Shown in pieces: positions 17,330 through 28,116 of a stretch of 64,000 nt of DNA. This DNA is from Candidatus Magasanikiibacteriota bacterium (GTDB taxonomy: Bacteria; Patescibacteriota; Patescibacteriia; Magasanikbacterales; UBA922): the NCBI GenBank assembly GCA_003482855.1, contig DMXO01000002.1, forward strand, positions 210,635 to 274,634, given 5' to 3'. Both the position numbers and the translations under genes were made by a program. How positions within the stretch are numbered: the stretch's first letter is position 1; every line of letters begins with the position of its first letter. The notes under the pieces were generated by a model, which saw nothing but the letters and a program-made list of their open reading frames with translations, did no database searches and was not told the origin of the DNA.

Positions 17330-20300
17330 TTATCTATTTCCACCACGTGGTCCACCACCCCGAGGACCGCCGCCTCCACCACCTTTTTTACGCCCGCCTT
17401 GTCCTTGTTGTCCTCTGGCATTATCAGGTCTATTGTCAGGACGCTGACCACGATCCTGTTGTCCAGATCTATTGTCACTACCTTGTTGACCCTGACGTCT
17501 ATCATTCCCTTTCTTTTCTCTTTGTCCCCTATCTCGATTACTTTCATCTGAGCCACCACTCCTATCATTGTTTCTATCTCTACCGCCATTGCGTCGATCT
17601 CTGCCATTTGGTCGTCCACTGTCTCTATTGTTTGATCTGTTTGCAGACCCTTCGCCAGCACCAAGACCGAGATCATCACGAACCTGTTCATCGAGCAACG
17701 AAGCTACATCTATAGACATACGCGTCTGCATATCACGCGCAATATCTCGAGCTTGTGTACGAATAGCATCTGTTGCTTTGCGTAATGATCTATCACCACT
17801 CTCTTGTCCTAATCTTCGCACCAGTTCAAGTGCGGCAAGTTGTTTAGTAGCTTGTTCAAAATCTACCTTGTTTGTCTCTCCACCACGCGCTACATCTGGC
17901 ATCTCAGTACTACCAAACAATAACTCACGCGCCTGATCTCCGTTCAAAGACATCTTACTTACATCAAAAGATAGAGACCCTTTATCTTTTTTCACCCCAA
18001 TAGATCCATACGAACCAAGATTGAAATACGTAGTATCTGGATTTGCTTCAGATGTATCTGAGCCGGTGCCTTCAGCACTACCTTGTGCATGTGCCGTGTC
18101 ATCATCCATTGCTTCTACATCATCTGTCTGCTCTGCTTCATCTTGTGTTTGTGCAGGTGGTTGTGTCTCTACTACAGGAGCAGGAGTAGTACCTGCATCC
18201 ACTCTCGACGTAGAAGTTGAAGTAGTATCTCCCTCTCCAGCGGTAGGAACTTGTTCTCCTTGTCTTGCGCCCTTACGTTCGTACGCAGGACGAGGAGCAT
18301 CCTTCATACCACGAGACACATCTTCGAGTACAGGTCGTTCTCGTGTGGCAAAATATAGAGCTCCTGCTGCGAGCGCACCTCCACCAGCCACAGCATTGAG
18401 CATGGCAAGTCTACCATATGAAACATCAAACGATCGTCCATCTTCCATACCAAGTCTGACACCCTTGCCATCTGGTGTAGGCTCTGCATCTGTAGCACCA
18501 TCTACATGTATATTTGCTTCTTCGCCAGTATTGGTATTACGTACGGGTATATCTGCGCCACTACCAGTCACACGTGGATCTGCCACTGGCTCTACACGCG
18601 GTTCACGCGCGCGAGCTGCTGCCAATTCTTCAAGACGTTGCTGCGCATCTTCAGCCTGTGCTATCTGTGCCAAAGCAAGAGATTTACGATCAAGATCTCC
18701 GGTAGTAGGAGCATACTCATCAGCATCTCCTGTAGTACGCATACCACTGGCAATAAATCTATCTGGACTGCCACCGGTGCTTGTCTCGTTCATACCCATA
18801 TAGACAATTGGTCTACCTGGTTCTGCACGAAGTGGTGTCCTGCCACCTGGTTGATTATCAAACAATTTTACATTATCTGCTAAATAATCATCTCTGTTGG
18901 CATCATGCTGAAGTGCAGAACCGAGGCGTCGGATGAGATCACCACTACGACCACCTGCTGGCTGGTCAATAACCTGCGCTTTGTATTCTGCAAGGAAATC
19001 TGCAAGCGCCTTGTCTGTATCCTGCGGTATACCATCGGGAAATAATTTACCCAAAGATACACGATTGAATCCTTGACTCTGCAAAAATCTCAGTGCCTCG
19101 TCTGTATGCCCTGTCTTCATCATTTCTCCGACCATAGTGAGATCACGTTCGCGTTCAAAATGTAAAATCCATTGTGGATCACGAAACTTTGCCTCGGGGA
19201 ATAATGTATCTTCGCTACCTGTACCATGATCTGTGGCAGACTCAAGTACTGATCGCATAGCATCGGCATTGCCAAGACTCGGGTACGCGGTAACCCACGC
19301 ATCCATTTCTTTTGCTGCCGCAGGTGATAAATGAAATTCTTTTATGATATCGAGACGATCTATATCCCAACGAGCTGACTCGGGCACTGGCGGTACTTCT
19401 ATTGTCTCTGCTCGCGGAGTGGGCTCTCCTGATGGTGGTGCATCTACATCTCTGCCTCCATGTGCACCCACATCTGGTGATGTGTCGTGTGCATGATCTG
19501 CTACTTGAGCGCCTGTACCCGCTGCTGTTCCTGTTTCTTCTGGGATTCTTATGCCTAATTTTTCAAATGCCCATGCTCCAATGTCTTTGCTAAAATAGCC
19601 AAGACCAGCACCAATTACGCCACCGACAACCATACCTTTGAGAGCTCCTGCATGGCGTTTGATGAAGCCACCCTTATCTTTTAATTTATCAATAGTCTGT
19701 TGGCGTTCTGATTTGAGCAAGCTCACATCTGTATCAAGCTCTGCTAAAAGTGCTTCTGCTCCTGCATGTCTCAGGCGTTTGTCGTATGTCTCATATTCAA
19801 TACTGCGCAATACGTTACGTGCGCGCACTCGCAATAGTTCGCTATTGTTCAATAGACCAAGAGACATGGCAACACGAATATCTTTTGCGAGTTTCTGAAG
19901 ACCGGTATCACTTAGGCTTTCAGTCTTCTTGCTATCTATGCCAAGCGTAGACAATGCAAGCTCTGCTTCATCTATACGTCTCTCTACCTCTGTACGCATC
20001 TCTTCTTCACGTGCTCTAATATCTTTCATATTGCCCAGATGCGTTCCCAAATATGCACCCGCAAGTCCAAGCACTGCAGCGCGTACTTCTGGTGCAAAAC
20101 TTGATGCGACACCTATGGCTCCACCAGCAATAGCGCCCATTACTTTTTTGGCTAATTCATTTTGATCAAGTACCTCGCCATCGGCTTTGAATAATGATTG
20201 TACATCGCCACGCTTCAAAGCCATAGCTTTTTGTAATACGCGCATCATGCCAGGATTCTCACGAATGATATCTGCGACTGCGTCTACTGTCTGGCCACTA

Positions 20301-23300
20301 TACAACTCTGAAACCAAATGATCGAGACGAGCGTCCTGAGCTTCTTCGCGGGATATCTCTCCACGCGCAGCTCGAGTACGTGCATCGAGCGCTATTTCAC
20401 GACGCCCAGCTTGCAAAAGCAATATTGCCTGCGCGCGTATAGTATCATCATCCACTACTTCTGCACCAAGTCGAGCCTCATCGCGAGTAACTGCAGAAGA
20501 TGCATCTGTGCGACTCACACGATATGAAGCAGTGATGAGACCATCACTCATAAATACCGCAAGACGATCTATAAGTGTCTTGTCTCCACCTTGTGGAGTT
20601 CCATCAGCCCCTTTTGCCAGACCAAATCTTTGCATAAGTCTCTGACGAAATTCTGGCGTATTTCTAAATGTTTGTAATATTTCATCTTCTTTTTGTTTAA
20701 TTTTTTCTTCCACGTCTTGAGTACGATTGAGTGTGCGTTCACGTCCCGCTTTGGTGCTTCGCTCTGCTGCATACCAACCACCAATAGCTCCAGCTATGCC
20801 ACGCACTACCATCGCAGGAGCTTTGGCAACCGTGCCTGCAAGAGACGCGAGTCCGACTACAACAGCAGCAGGACCTACCGTGACTAAAGCATTTTTGGCT
20901 TTCTCCCACACTTTGGTCATGCCACCATGATAAAACTTTTTCATGTCTTGAAGTACATTGGTTTCTTCGCTCGCGACAAACAAACGGATACCATACATAG
21001 TCTCACGGTATCCTTGTTGCTTTTCCCAAAAACCAAGAAAATCTTCTGCATCTGTATACCCAGCACGACGAGCCTCTTCGCGGAGACGGCGTTCATCCAC
21101 ACCTTCTTGTCTAAATATATGTGTAATGTATTCTTCTACATCGCCTGCTGCAGTAGGATCTGTCATGAGATGCAATAATTTCGTGTATCTCTCACGGCCA
21201 ATTATTTCAATCAACACATGTGGGCGTATGTCTACTATGCCATGCTCAAACTCTTCGACAGTCCCCTCTGGCATATTGTTCAATCTGCGATGCAAATCTT
21301 CGGCTGCATTGTATTTGTCTGCAGCACTACTCCATACCGTACCGTCAGGAGTAACTTCAAACGTTTCTCCGTGGGATATATGCGCACGCATCACCTGTTG
21401 TCTATCTATGACTGAGTCAGTATAGAGCGGTTTGAGACCGCGCGCCTGCAGTTGATCCGGGCTTTCGATGCAAAAACGTTTGATACCAAACAGATGCTCA
21501 TCTGGCGATATAATGACGCACATACCTTGGTTACGCGCTTCTGCACATAGGGCGGATAACCTTCCAACGACTGTGGTGTCCAATGGTGCATCTGCGCTAC
21601 CAAAATTGCCCACGTCAAACCCAAACACGGAAGATAATACAGATGCACCTACACCTGGAGGCATACCATATTCACGCGCTAGGCGTGCCATCGTAGCTTC
21701 TGGCGTTTCAACAGCTGTCTCTGCCGAAGCACTATCTGACACTGCAGTACTTTCTCCTGTTGTCTCTTCAATATCAGGAAGTTCTATTCTCGGATGTGGT
21801 TTGCCTACTTCAGAAGATTTGGAAACCAAACCTCTCAAACGCTGGCCTATAGATTTTTTGCGTACAGCAAAATTGTATGGATCATCTGATACGAATTCAT
21901 ATCCTTTCGCAGGATAATACGTATTGTTACCATCTTCATCACGTGCCGCGTATACTCTTCCTGTATCCAATGCATATGAAAGATCAACAAAAGGAATATC
22001 TTCTTCTTCAGCACGTTTTATTGAATCTATTTGTTCTGAATTCAACAAATTTTGCATCATATCTTCAAACCACCAATCAGGATCTTCTGCTCCATCCAAT
22101 GATGATACATGGATCCTCGAAACATCCGGATGTTGTTCACGAGTATGTCTAAACTGCGCCAATAATCTGCGCATTTCTTCACGGCGCTCTGATGGTATAT
22201 ATGGCCTTCCATGCCAATCACGCCCTTCGTCATCCATGAGACTCACACACGCAAACATAGCATCAGCAAGACGTCCGAGTTCTTGCGCAGGATTCTCCTG
22301 CTCATGTGCTTCTACGTCAGCACCCTGCTCTGCTGGTGATTGTTCACTAGCCTGCACCACATCACGCACAGCAATTCTTCTATCGGACAAGACTACTACC
22401 TCTTTGCCTTGTGACCTCATTATATCTATATACTGCTGTACAACTTCGGCAGAAAACTCTGCAGGGATATCATTGATTTCAAATCCCAAAGTGCGCAATT
22501 CTTCTGGAGACATACTTTCCAAAGGGATATCTACATCGTAAACTCTTGAAGAATCCGCGGATGCAGAATCTGCAGAAGCGTCAGCATGACTTGCTTCATC
22601 CTCACGAGCTGTATCACCCTCTCCCTCACCATGCAGAGCTGGAAAATTATCACCGGATAATGCTTCATCACCTGTTCGTCGCGCAGGAAGATTATCCCTG
22701 CCATCAGGGATAGCTGGCAGATGATCTGACGGCAAAACATCCTCTGGAGCTTCGGCACTAGACTGTGTAGCTTTCACAGCAGAGGGACCAAATACTGATT
22801 CGGGATTACCACCAAGCACACGAACTAATTCGCGACTCGAGTCTTTGATAGTAGGATCAATATATAATGCAGTACCCCTCATTTCATGTTGTCCATTTGG
22901 TGATATATGTATTTCAGTAATATATCTATCATGTTCACCAATAGAACGATGTATAATACCTAGTAACCTCTGCGCATACTCAGGGCTCAACATGCCTTTT
23001 GGTTTGGTAAATTCACCCCAAGACTCCCTCAACCTGCCCCAATTTTTTGCAAATGTGTTTATTCTAAAACGAGGATCTATTTTCTGAAGTTCTTTTTCTG
23101 CAGGACCCAAAATATCCAACAATGCTTTTTCTACACCTACTGGTTCTTCGGGATTGGTAGATCGACCTGCGTTCGGGTCTGCCTGTTCTCCACCCGGAAC
23201 TGAAGCCTTTTCTTTTCTGCGTCTTTTTATTTTTTCTGATTCACCTTTTTTGGTTGCATCTGATGACTCAGTAATTTTTACTACTTCTATAGATAAATTA

Positions 23301-24931
23301 TCTGCAGAACCTGCTTTCCATTTTTTCTTTTTCATGAATTGTCCTGGTGCATACTCAATATCAAATGGACCGTCAGCATTGCCACGCGCAAATGTCTCTT
23401 TCCATAAACGTTCTTGGACTTTACGCGCATCACCACCCTCTTCTGCTGTCCATTTCTCTACTTCATATTCAGATACAATGTCCCACAAACCATCTGACCC
23501 GAGCACTATAATATCTCCATCTTGACCTTGAAATTCAATTTGTTCTGGACCTTGCTCATGTATATCTGCTGTACCATGTCCGAGTGAACGAGAAATAATG
23601 TGATCAATAGGACTATTGAATATCTGCCCTGTTTCGTATCCTTCACGTATGGTTTCAAAAAAAGCGCGTAATTCCTCGTCATCTCCCACTGCTCTTCTAT
23701 GTCCCATATAAAATATGCGGGCCCAATGATCCTGCGTATCTTCTTTACTCAAATCAAGAAGATCCGGATTTTCGCGCATCTGGGCCACGACTTCTACCGC
23801 AAAATTATGCATCTTTGTCGTGCCCTCTTCTAACTTTTTGCCACCACGCACCGTCATTGCTTTTGAATCTCCTATATATGCAAGTTGAACTTTCCTATCT
23901 CTATCTATGCGAGCGATAACTGCTGCGGTGTTGCCATTTGATAATTCATTCTCAATCCTCGCATGACCATCAATCATTGCCTCCCTCAAATCTGTCTCTC
24001 CAGCTCTTATCATACCTACCACTGCCTCATTGACAAGACGACTTGCCTGGCGTCCGTTGCCCATACCACCCGCACCATCGATAACACCTGTCACGAGAGC
24101 GCCATCAGGTCCGACCACGGTGAGTATGCTATCTTCATTTTTTGTTTCAATAAAATTTTCAGGAGTCCGTATTTTCTTGTTTGCAGCATCTCTATTATAC
24201 TCTGTATATTTGGAAAATGGTCCTCCATAATGTGAACGCCCGTCTACAACCGCCTGCTCAGTGACGATATGTATGTCTGTCTTATTTTCTTTATTATCTG
24301 GATCTGTTACAAATCTATCTTCAAACATAATTTGACGTGATTCTCCAGGTTTGAGCAACTCACGTGATTCTATGCGTACTTTTTCAGGAGTTAATTCACC
24401 CAAAGGCAAGTAATTGATTTCTGTGGAACCTAATATCCCCAAGGATAATAATCCCTTCTCTGTATCTGGTATTTCTTTTACTATATATTTCCTCACACTA
24501 CCATCAGAATCTGTATACTCAATTACATCCCCCACACTCAGACTTCCAGCAGGTGTTTCTATTTTTCCTTCACCGATTCCAATACCCCGGACCAAAGCCT
24601 CTGCAACATCCCCAATTTCACCATCTGTTAAAGTTGGTTTCTGTAATAATACTGCCAATTTCTCTTCAGCCGCGTGCAATTTTCGACTAAACTGATCAAG
24701 ATGTATTTGTAATTCGTCTGCATGACTCATTCTTTGTGGTATTTCACCCAAAGACTGCACGAGTTCATCTCTCTCTTGCTGTAAATCCTCAATCTGGTGA
24801 CCGAGTGCCTGTATCCGTGCTTCAAAATCACGATGGGCTTCGTGAGCTTCTTCTCGGTTACCAAAGGATTTTCTCATTTCTTTTCTTTTGACTCCATCTG
24901 GTGCTTGCTTTGGTGATGTTTCTTCTGGCAT
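17330..24931 (-). CDS. giant (2533 aa) multidomain protein: N-terminal coiled coil, PP2C-family Ser/Thr phosphatase domain, acidic linkers, several Gly-zipper hydrophobic segments, C-terminal RGG/RD-rich low-complexity tail
   Basis: PP2C motifs VIDGAGGMGNG and IIVLGSDGLWDIVSE. Tail ...GGRKKGGGGGGPRGGGPRGGNR. Uninterrupted 7.6-kb ORF. Confidence 0.8.
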   Translation of the reverse strand: MPEETSPKQAPDGVKRKEMRKSFGNREEAHEAHRDFEARIQALGHQIEDLQQERDELVQSLGEIPQRMSHADELQIHLDQFSRKLHAAEEKLAVLLQKPTLTDGEIGDVAEALVRGIGIGEGKIETPAGSLSVGDVIEYTDSDGSVRKYIVKEIPDTEKGLLSLGILGSTEINYLPLGELTPEKVRIESRELLKPGESRQIMFEDRFVTDPDNKENKTDIHIVTEQAVVDGRSHYGGPFSKYTEYNRDAANKKIRTPENFIETKNEDSILTVVGPDGALVTGVIDGAGGMGNGRQASRLVNEAVVGMIRAGETDLREAMIDGHARIENELSNGNTAAVIARIDRDRKVQLAYIGDSKAMTVRGGKKLEEGTTKMHNFAVEVVAQMRENPDLLDLSKEDTQDHWARIFYMGHRRAVGDDEELRAFFETIREGYETGQIFNSPIDHIISRSLGHGTADIHEQGPEQIEFQGQDGDIIVLGSDGLWDIVSEYEVEKWTAEEGGDARKVQERLWKETFARGNADGPFDIEYAPGQFMKKKKWKAGSADNLSIEVVKITESSDATKKGESEKIKRRRKEKASVPGGEQADPNAGRSTNPEEPVGVEKALLDILGPAEKELQKIDPRFRINTFAKNWGRLRESWGEFTKPKGMLSPEYAQRLLGIIHRSIGEHDRYITEIHISPNGQHEMRGTALYIDPTIKDSSRELVRVLGGNPESVFGPSAVKATQSSAEAPEDVLPSDHLPAIPDGRDNLPARRTGDEALSGDNFPALHGEGEGDTAREDEASHADASADSASADSSRVYDVDIPLESMSPEELRTLGFEINDIPAEFSAEVVQQYIDIMRSQGKEVVVLSDRRIAVRDVVQASEQSPAEQGADVEAHEQENPAQELGRLADAMFACVSLMDDEGRDWHGRPYIPSERREEMRRLLAQFRHTREQHPDVSRIHVSSLDGAEDPDWWFEDMMQNLLNSEQIDSIKRAEEEDIPFVDLSYALDTGRVYAARDEDGNNTYYPAKGYEFVSDDPYNFAVRKKSIGQRLRGLVSKSSEVGKPHPRIELPDIEETTGESTAVSDSASAETAVETPEATMARLAREYGMPPGVGASVLSSVFGFDVGNFGSADAPLDTTVVGRLSALCAEARNQGMCVIISPDEHLFGIKRFCIESPDQLQARGLKPLYTDSVIDRQQVMRAHISHGETFEVTPDGTVWSSAADKYNAAEDLHRRLNNMPEGTVEEFEHGIVDIRPHVLIEIIGRERYTKLLHLMTDPTAAGDVEEYITHIFRQEGVDERRLREEARRAGYTDAEDFLGFWEKQQGYRETMYGIRLFVASEETNVLQDMKKFYHGGMTKVWEKAKNALVTVGPAAVVVGLASLAGTVAKAPAMVVRGIAGAIGGWYAAERSTKAGRERTLNRTQDVEEKIKQKEDEILQTFRNTPEFRQRLMQRFGLAKGADGTPQGGDKTLIDRLAVFMSDGLITASYRVSRTDASSAVTRDEARLGAEVVDDDTIRAQAILLLQAGRREIALDARTRAARGEISREEAQDARLDHLVSELYSGQTVDAVADIIRENPGMMRVLQKAMALKRGDVQSLFKADGEVLDQNELAKKVMGAIAGGAIGVASSFAPEVRAAVLGLAGAYLGTHLGNMKDIRAREEEMRTEVERRIDEAELALSTLGIDSKKTESLSDTGLQKLAKDIRVAMSLGLLNNSELLRVRARNVLRSIEYETYDKRLRHAGAEALLAELDTDVSLLKSERQQTIDKLKDKGGFIKRHAGALKGMVVGGVIGAGLGYFSKDIGAWAFEKLGIRIPEETGTAAGTGAQVADHAHDTSPDVGAHGGRDVDAPPSGEPTPRAETIEVPPVPESARWDIDRLDIIKEFHLSPAAAKEMDAWVTAYPSLGNADAMRSVLESATDHGTGSEDTLFPEAKFRDPQWILHFERERDLTMVGEMMKTGHTDEALRFLQSQGFNRVSLGKLFPDGIPQDTDKALADFLAEYKAQVIDQPAGGRSGDLIRRLGSALQHDANRDDYLADNVKLFDNQPGGRTPLRAEPGRPIVYMGMNETSTGGSPDRFIASGMRTTGDADEYAPTTGDLDRKSLALAQIAQAEDAQQRLEELAAARAREPRVEPVADPRVTGSGADIPVRNTNTGEEANIHVDGATDAEPTPDGKGVRLGMEDGRSFDVSYGRLAMLNAVAGGGALAAGALYFATRERPVLEDVSRGMKDAPRPAYERKGARQGEQVPTAGEGDTTSTSTSRVDAGTTPAPVVETQPPAQTQDEAEQTDDVEAMDDDTAHAQGSAEGTGSDTSEANPDTTYFNLGSYGSIGVKKDKGSLSFDVSKMSLNGDQARELLFGSTEMPDVARGGETNKVDFEQATKQLAALELVRRLGQESGDRSLRKATDAIRTQARDIARDMQTRMSIDVASLLDEQVRDDLGLGAGEGSANRSNNRDSGRPNGRDRRNGGRDRNNDRSGGSDESNRDRGQREKKGNDRRQGQQGSDNRSGQQDRGQRPDNRPDNARGQQGQGGRKKGGGGGGPRGGGPRGGNR

Positions 24932-24942
24932 ATTAAGGAATA

Positions 24943-25149
24943 TTAGTGGTGAGGTAAATCAATGATATTTTGTAAAACGTCAGAAATTTTGTGCTGATCA
25001 AGCGCACCCAAAATACGGACTTTCAACATACGTCCCTCTTGTTGTAACGCGCGGACATCCTTTTCCAATTCACTGCATAGATAGACCAAATCATTCTCTG
25101 ATGCTGACGTAATCTCGTGTTGTCCAGATTGTATAGGACTGACAGGCAT
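24943..25149 (-). CDS. hypothetical small protein (68 aa), immediately upstream of giant ORF
   Basis: ORF only; same strand, 12-nt gap to giant gene. Confidence 0.35.
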   Translation of the reverse strand: MPVSPIQSGQHEITSASENDLVYLCSELEKDVRALQQEGRMLKVRILGALDQHKISDVLQNIIDLPHH

Positions 25150-25157
25150 ATATACGA

Positions 25158-25493
25158 TTAGGCTGTCTTGGATAAAATTGCACTTACCTTTTCTCCAAAC
25201 GCAATAATTATTTTTTTCAAATCTTCTTCAAATGTAGGAATAGAAGCATACCAAAAATCACGCCACTGCTCTCCTGTGGTATTTTCACTTTCTGCAAATT
25301 TGGCAAATTGCGTGAGTTGTGGCTTGGATAATTTTGGTAACATTTCAAGCCCAATACGTTCTTCGAGACGAGCAAGTACCTGGGGCACGTAAATACGTCG
25401 TTGTTCATCAGTCAATGTACTCAGCCCATTTTCATATAATAATTTTTCGACATACGCTGACAAGAAATCAAATTGGTGTGTGTCTTGAGTCAT
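25158..25493 (-). CDS. hypothetical protein (111 aa)
   Basis: ORF with plausible composition; co-directional array. Confidence 0.45.
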   Translation of the reverse strand: MTQDTHQFDFLSAYVEKLLYENGLSTLTDEQRRIYVPQVLARLEERIGLEMLPKLSKPQLTQFAKFAESENTTGEQWRDFWYASIPTFEEDLKKIIIAFGEKVSAILSKTA

Positions 25494-25508
25494 ATAAATA
25501 ATATTATA

Positions 25509-26111
25509 TTAATTCTTTTTTAAAATCATAAGACCAGAAAGCAACACTCCCACAATAAATCCAAGCACTGCATTTAAAACTACATTTGGTCGCACGGGAA
25601 ATCGCGTAACGATTGGTTCATTCACCACCTTGATGGTGACATCACCACCAACATATTCCCAACCTTTGGACGAAAGTGCATTTACTGCAGCTCCCGCAAG
25701 CATCTTGGCCTGTTCTGCATCAGGATGATATGCACTCACATTCAATACTCCAGTCCCATACACCACAGAAGGATTCATGGATTTTTGCCATAATTTTCTT
25801 TTCTCACGTTCATTTTTATTGTCAAAATATGACCAATCAATGGCAAACTCGGGTTGTGCTTTCACTTTGTTATAAAAGTCATTGGTCCTCATGACCTGGG
25901 CTATATTTTCACCCACGCGTTCGGCAGAACGTACAACCGTATACGGATCTACGCCGTATCGAGACTGAGAAATAATGAGCACCTGAGCATCAGCACGATA
26001 ACTCAATGGGAACAGCGCGGTGGCAATACCTGACAACGCGCCACATATAATAGCTATAACAAGGATGACTTTCCAACGCTTCTGAAGAAGATGGAGGGGA
26101 GAGGTGAACAT
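25509..26111 (-). CDS. Wzz/chain-length-determinant-like bitopic membrane protein
   Basis: N- and C-terminal TM helices flanking about 150-aa periplasmic region, as in Wzz/YveK-family proteins. Confidence 0.45.
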   Translation of the reverse strand: MFTSPLHLLQKRWKVILVIAIICGALSGIATALFPLSYRADAQVLIISQSRYGVDPYTVVRSAERVGENIAQVMRTNDFYNKVKAQPEFAIDWSYFDNKNEREKRKLWQKSMNPSVVYGTGVLNVSAYHPDAEQAKMLAGAAVNALSSKGWEYVGGDVTIKVVNEPIVTRFPVRPNVVLNAVLGFIVGVLLSGLMILKKN

Positions 26112-26273
26112 AGTAAAATGTTTAATTTAAAATTTTAAATTTAAAAATTTTGAATTGTCCTAGACCCAGACCTAAAGGGTTCTCAAATTCGAAATTTTAA
26201 ATTCAAAATTAACAAATGAATATACCACAAAATCCCTCTTTTGTCAATCTATACAGCAAAAAAATTAGTTCTT

Positions 26274-27359
26274 TTACTTGTGCATTAGTATATCAGATTC
26301 TTTGCCTTTACGCCACACAGTCACGCCAAATTCATCGGGAGCAGTGTATAATTGCCGGTGCAAAGTCTCGGGAGCCACCGTATCATTTTGCACACGAATA
26401 ATTATATCTCCTGGCATGAGACCTCGTGGCAAAGCACCCACGCTTGAAATATAAAAACCTGAAGCCGGCACATCATCGTCCCCTTCTTCACTACTACGAT
26501 ATACAAAATATCCATTCCATGTAATAGCAAAATCATCGAGTGCATCATTTCCCAATACAAAAGGCAATTGATATTCTATACTCCATCCTGTATGCAATTC
26601 ATCATTGTCATCAACAAAACCAACAAATTGACCTTGACCAGTCATTGCTATCCCCTGCTTTGAAACAGTAGGATCTACATAAAAGCGCGTATACGCATCG
26701 AGCGCATTGTATGCACCACTAGATACTGCGTTGCGAGCACCCAATATGCGGTGATGCCATGAACCGCCATGATCTGACCATACATCGAGACCTGTATCAA
26801 CATCAGTCCAATTCACAAAAGGCAATACATGAAATTCATTTCCTATACATTTGATATATACATACCCCGAGCGTGCGTCTACAAGAACCTTTTCTATTGC
26901 ATAAGAAATACCTCTATAATCTACTGCTTCAAGTTTGGGTATAAGTGATTGATTGAAATCGGGCATATACGATACTCCCCACCCATTCGAGCTCAACATC
27001 ACTGCTTGCCCCACACGCGCATTATCTGCATAAAAATCTCCTGACAATTTTTGCGTCTTGTCAAATAATCTCATCGTACCCATCTGATACCGTTGTATCA
27101 CAAGTACATCGGGTCGCTCGGTAGAGCCATACAATTGTGATGAACGATTAACAAAATATAATCCCGCTGAATCAGAATAAAATGTAGGATTGATCCATGC
27201 GGTCACGACAAGCGCCCCTGTAATCCCCGCGAATACTGACAGCACAACCAAAATAACAATGGCAGATATACGAATCCATAATTCACGCGCATTACGAGAA
27301 CATGTTTTGTTTGGAAGATGAGGAGGGAGCATATAATAAATTTCAAATTTTAAATCCAC
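26274..27359 (-). CDS. membrane-anchored secreted protein with C-terminal PDZ-like segment
   Basis: N-terminal TM. C-term GLMPGDIIIRVQNDTV resembles PDZ GD(I/V)I motif; otherwise uncharacterised. Confidence 0.4.
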   Translation of the reverse strand: MDLKFEIYYMLPPHLPNKTCSRNARELWIRISAIVILVVLSVFAGITGALVVTAWINPTFYSDSAGLYFVNRSSQLYGSTERPDVLVIQRYQMGTMRLFDKTQKLSGDFYADNARVGQAVMLSSNGWGVSYMPDFNQSLIPKLEAVDYRGISYAIEKVLVDARSGYVYIKCIGNEFHVLPFVNWTDVDTGLDVWSDHGGSWHHRILGARNAVSSGAYNALDAYTRFYVDPTVSKQGIAMTGQGQFVGFVDDNDELHTGWSIEYQLPFVLGNDALDDFAITWNGYFVYRSSEEGDDDVPASGFYISSVGALPRGLMPGDIIIRVQNDTVAPETLHRQLYTAPDEFGVTVWRKGKESDILMHK

Positions 27360-28114
27360 TTAATGACATACAGTACGACAAAGAACAAGAAAGCATTTAC
27401 TCCCAAAAACCACTTTTGTCGTTTCCACAAAATACCAGTAAGGCTCAAATGAAAACGGACAAATAACTGTACAATATACCACAACCACACGAGCAAAAAA
27501 GCAGAAGCAAAATAACCAAAGGGCAGTAGTTTCATCACCCACATGATCTCTACGATGCTCAATAAAACAAGTATACACCACACGACAAGCTGTTCAAATG
27601 TAAACTTGAAATACAAACTCCAAATCATATAGGCGCCGGTAGCAGCATATACACCTCCGATGATACTCAGTAAAGCAAATGAAAGCTGATTAAAATATAT
27701 ATGCACCGCAAACAAAGCTACAAACAATGCATACACATTGAACACATAGAGCATCATCATCATGCGACGAAGAGGCTTCTCTTTGATATGGATGGCATGC
27801 TCTATACGTGGTTCAGACCAATACGCAATAAAGAAAAAAATAAACACAGATGCGCCGACGAGAAACCATCTCATATACAGAGATTCAATAAGCAATAATA
27901 ATATAATAAAAGAAACTGCGGTCATACTATTGAGAGCAGTCTGGTGTTTCTCGACATGGTACTTCACATGCAATAACACAAAAAAAGAAAACCACACAAC
28001 ACATGATATGATAAATACGTATGTATGGGGAAATACATGGATCGCCAATAATACACTCGGTGCTACCAGTGTTGAGACAATACGTATCCACCATGGACGT
28101 TGTTCATCTGCCAT
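27350..28114 (-). CDS. polytopic (about 8 TM) membrane protein, unknown function
   Basis: Hydrophobicity pattern only. Confidence 0.45.
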   Translation of the reverse strand: MADEQRPWWIRIVSTLVAPSVLLAIHVFPHTYVFIISCVVWFSFFVLLHVKYHVEKHQTALNSMTAVSFIILLLLIESLYMRWFLVGASVFIFFFIAYWSEPRIEHAIHIKEKPLRRMMMMLYVFNVYALFVALFAVHIYFNQLSFALLSIIGGVYAATGAYMIWSLYFKFTFEQLVVWCILVLLSIVEIMWVMKLLPFGYFASAFLLVWLWYIVQLFVRFHLSLTGILWKRQKWFLGVNAFLFFVVLYVIKWI

Positions 28115-28116
28115 AT

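Noticed and set aside
17137-17715. ORFs 17137..17691(-) and 17347..17715(+, His/Cys/Tyr-rich) overlapping the 3' tail of the giant gene
   Set aside because: They overlap the RGG/RD low-complexity coding region, in alternative or antisense frames of repetitive sequence. No independent start signals
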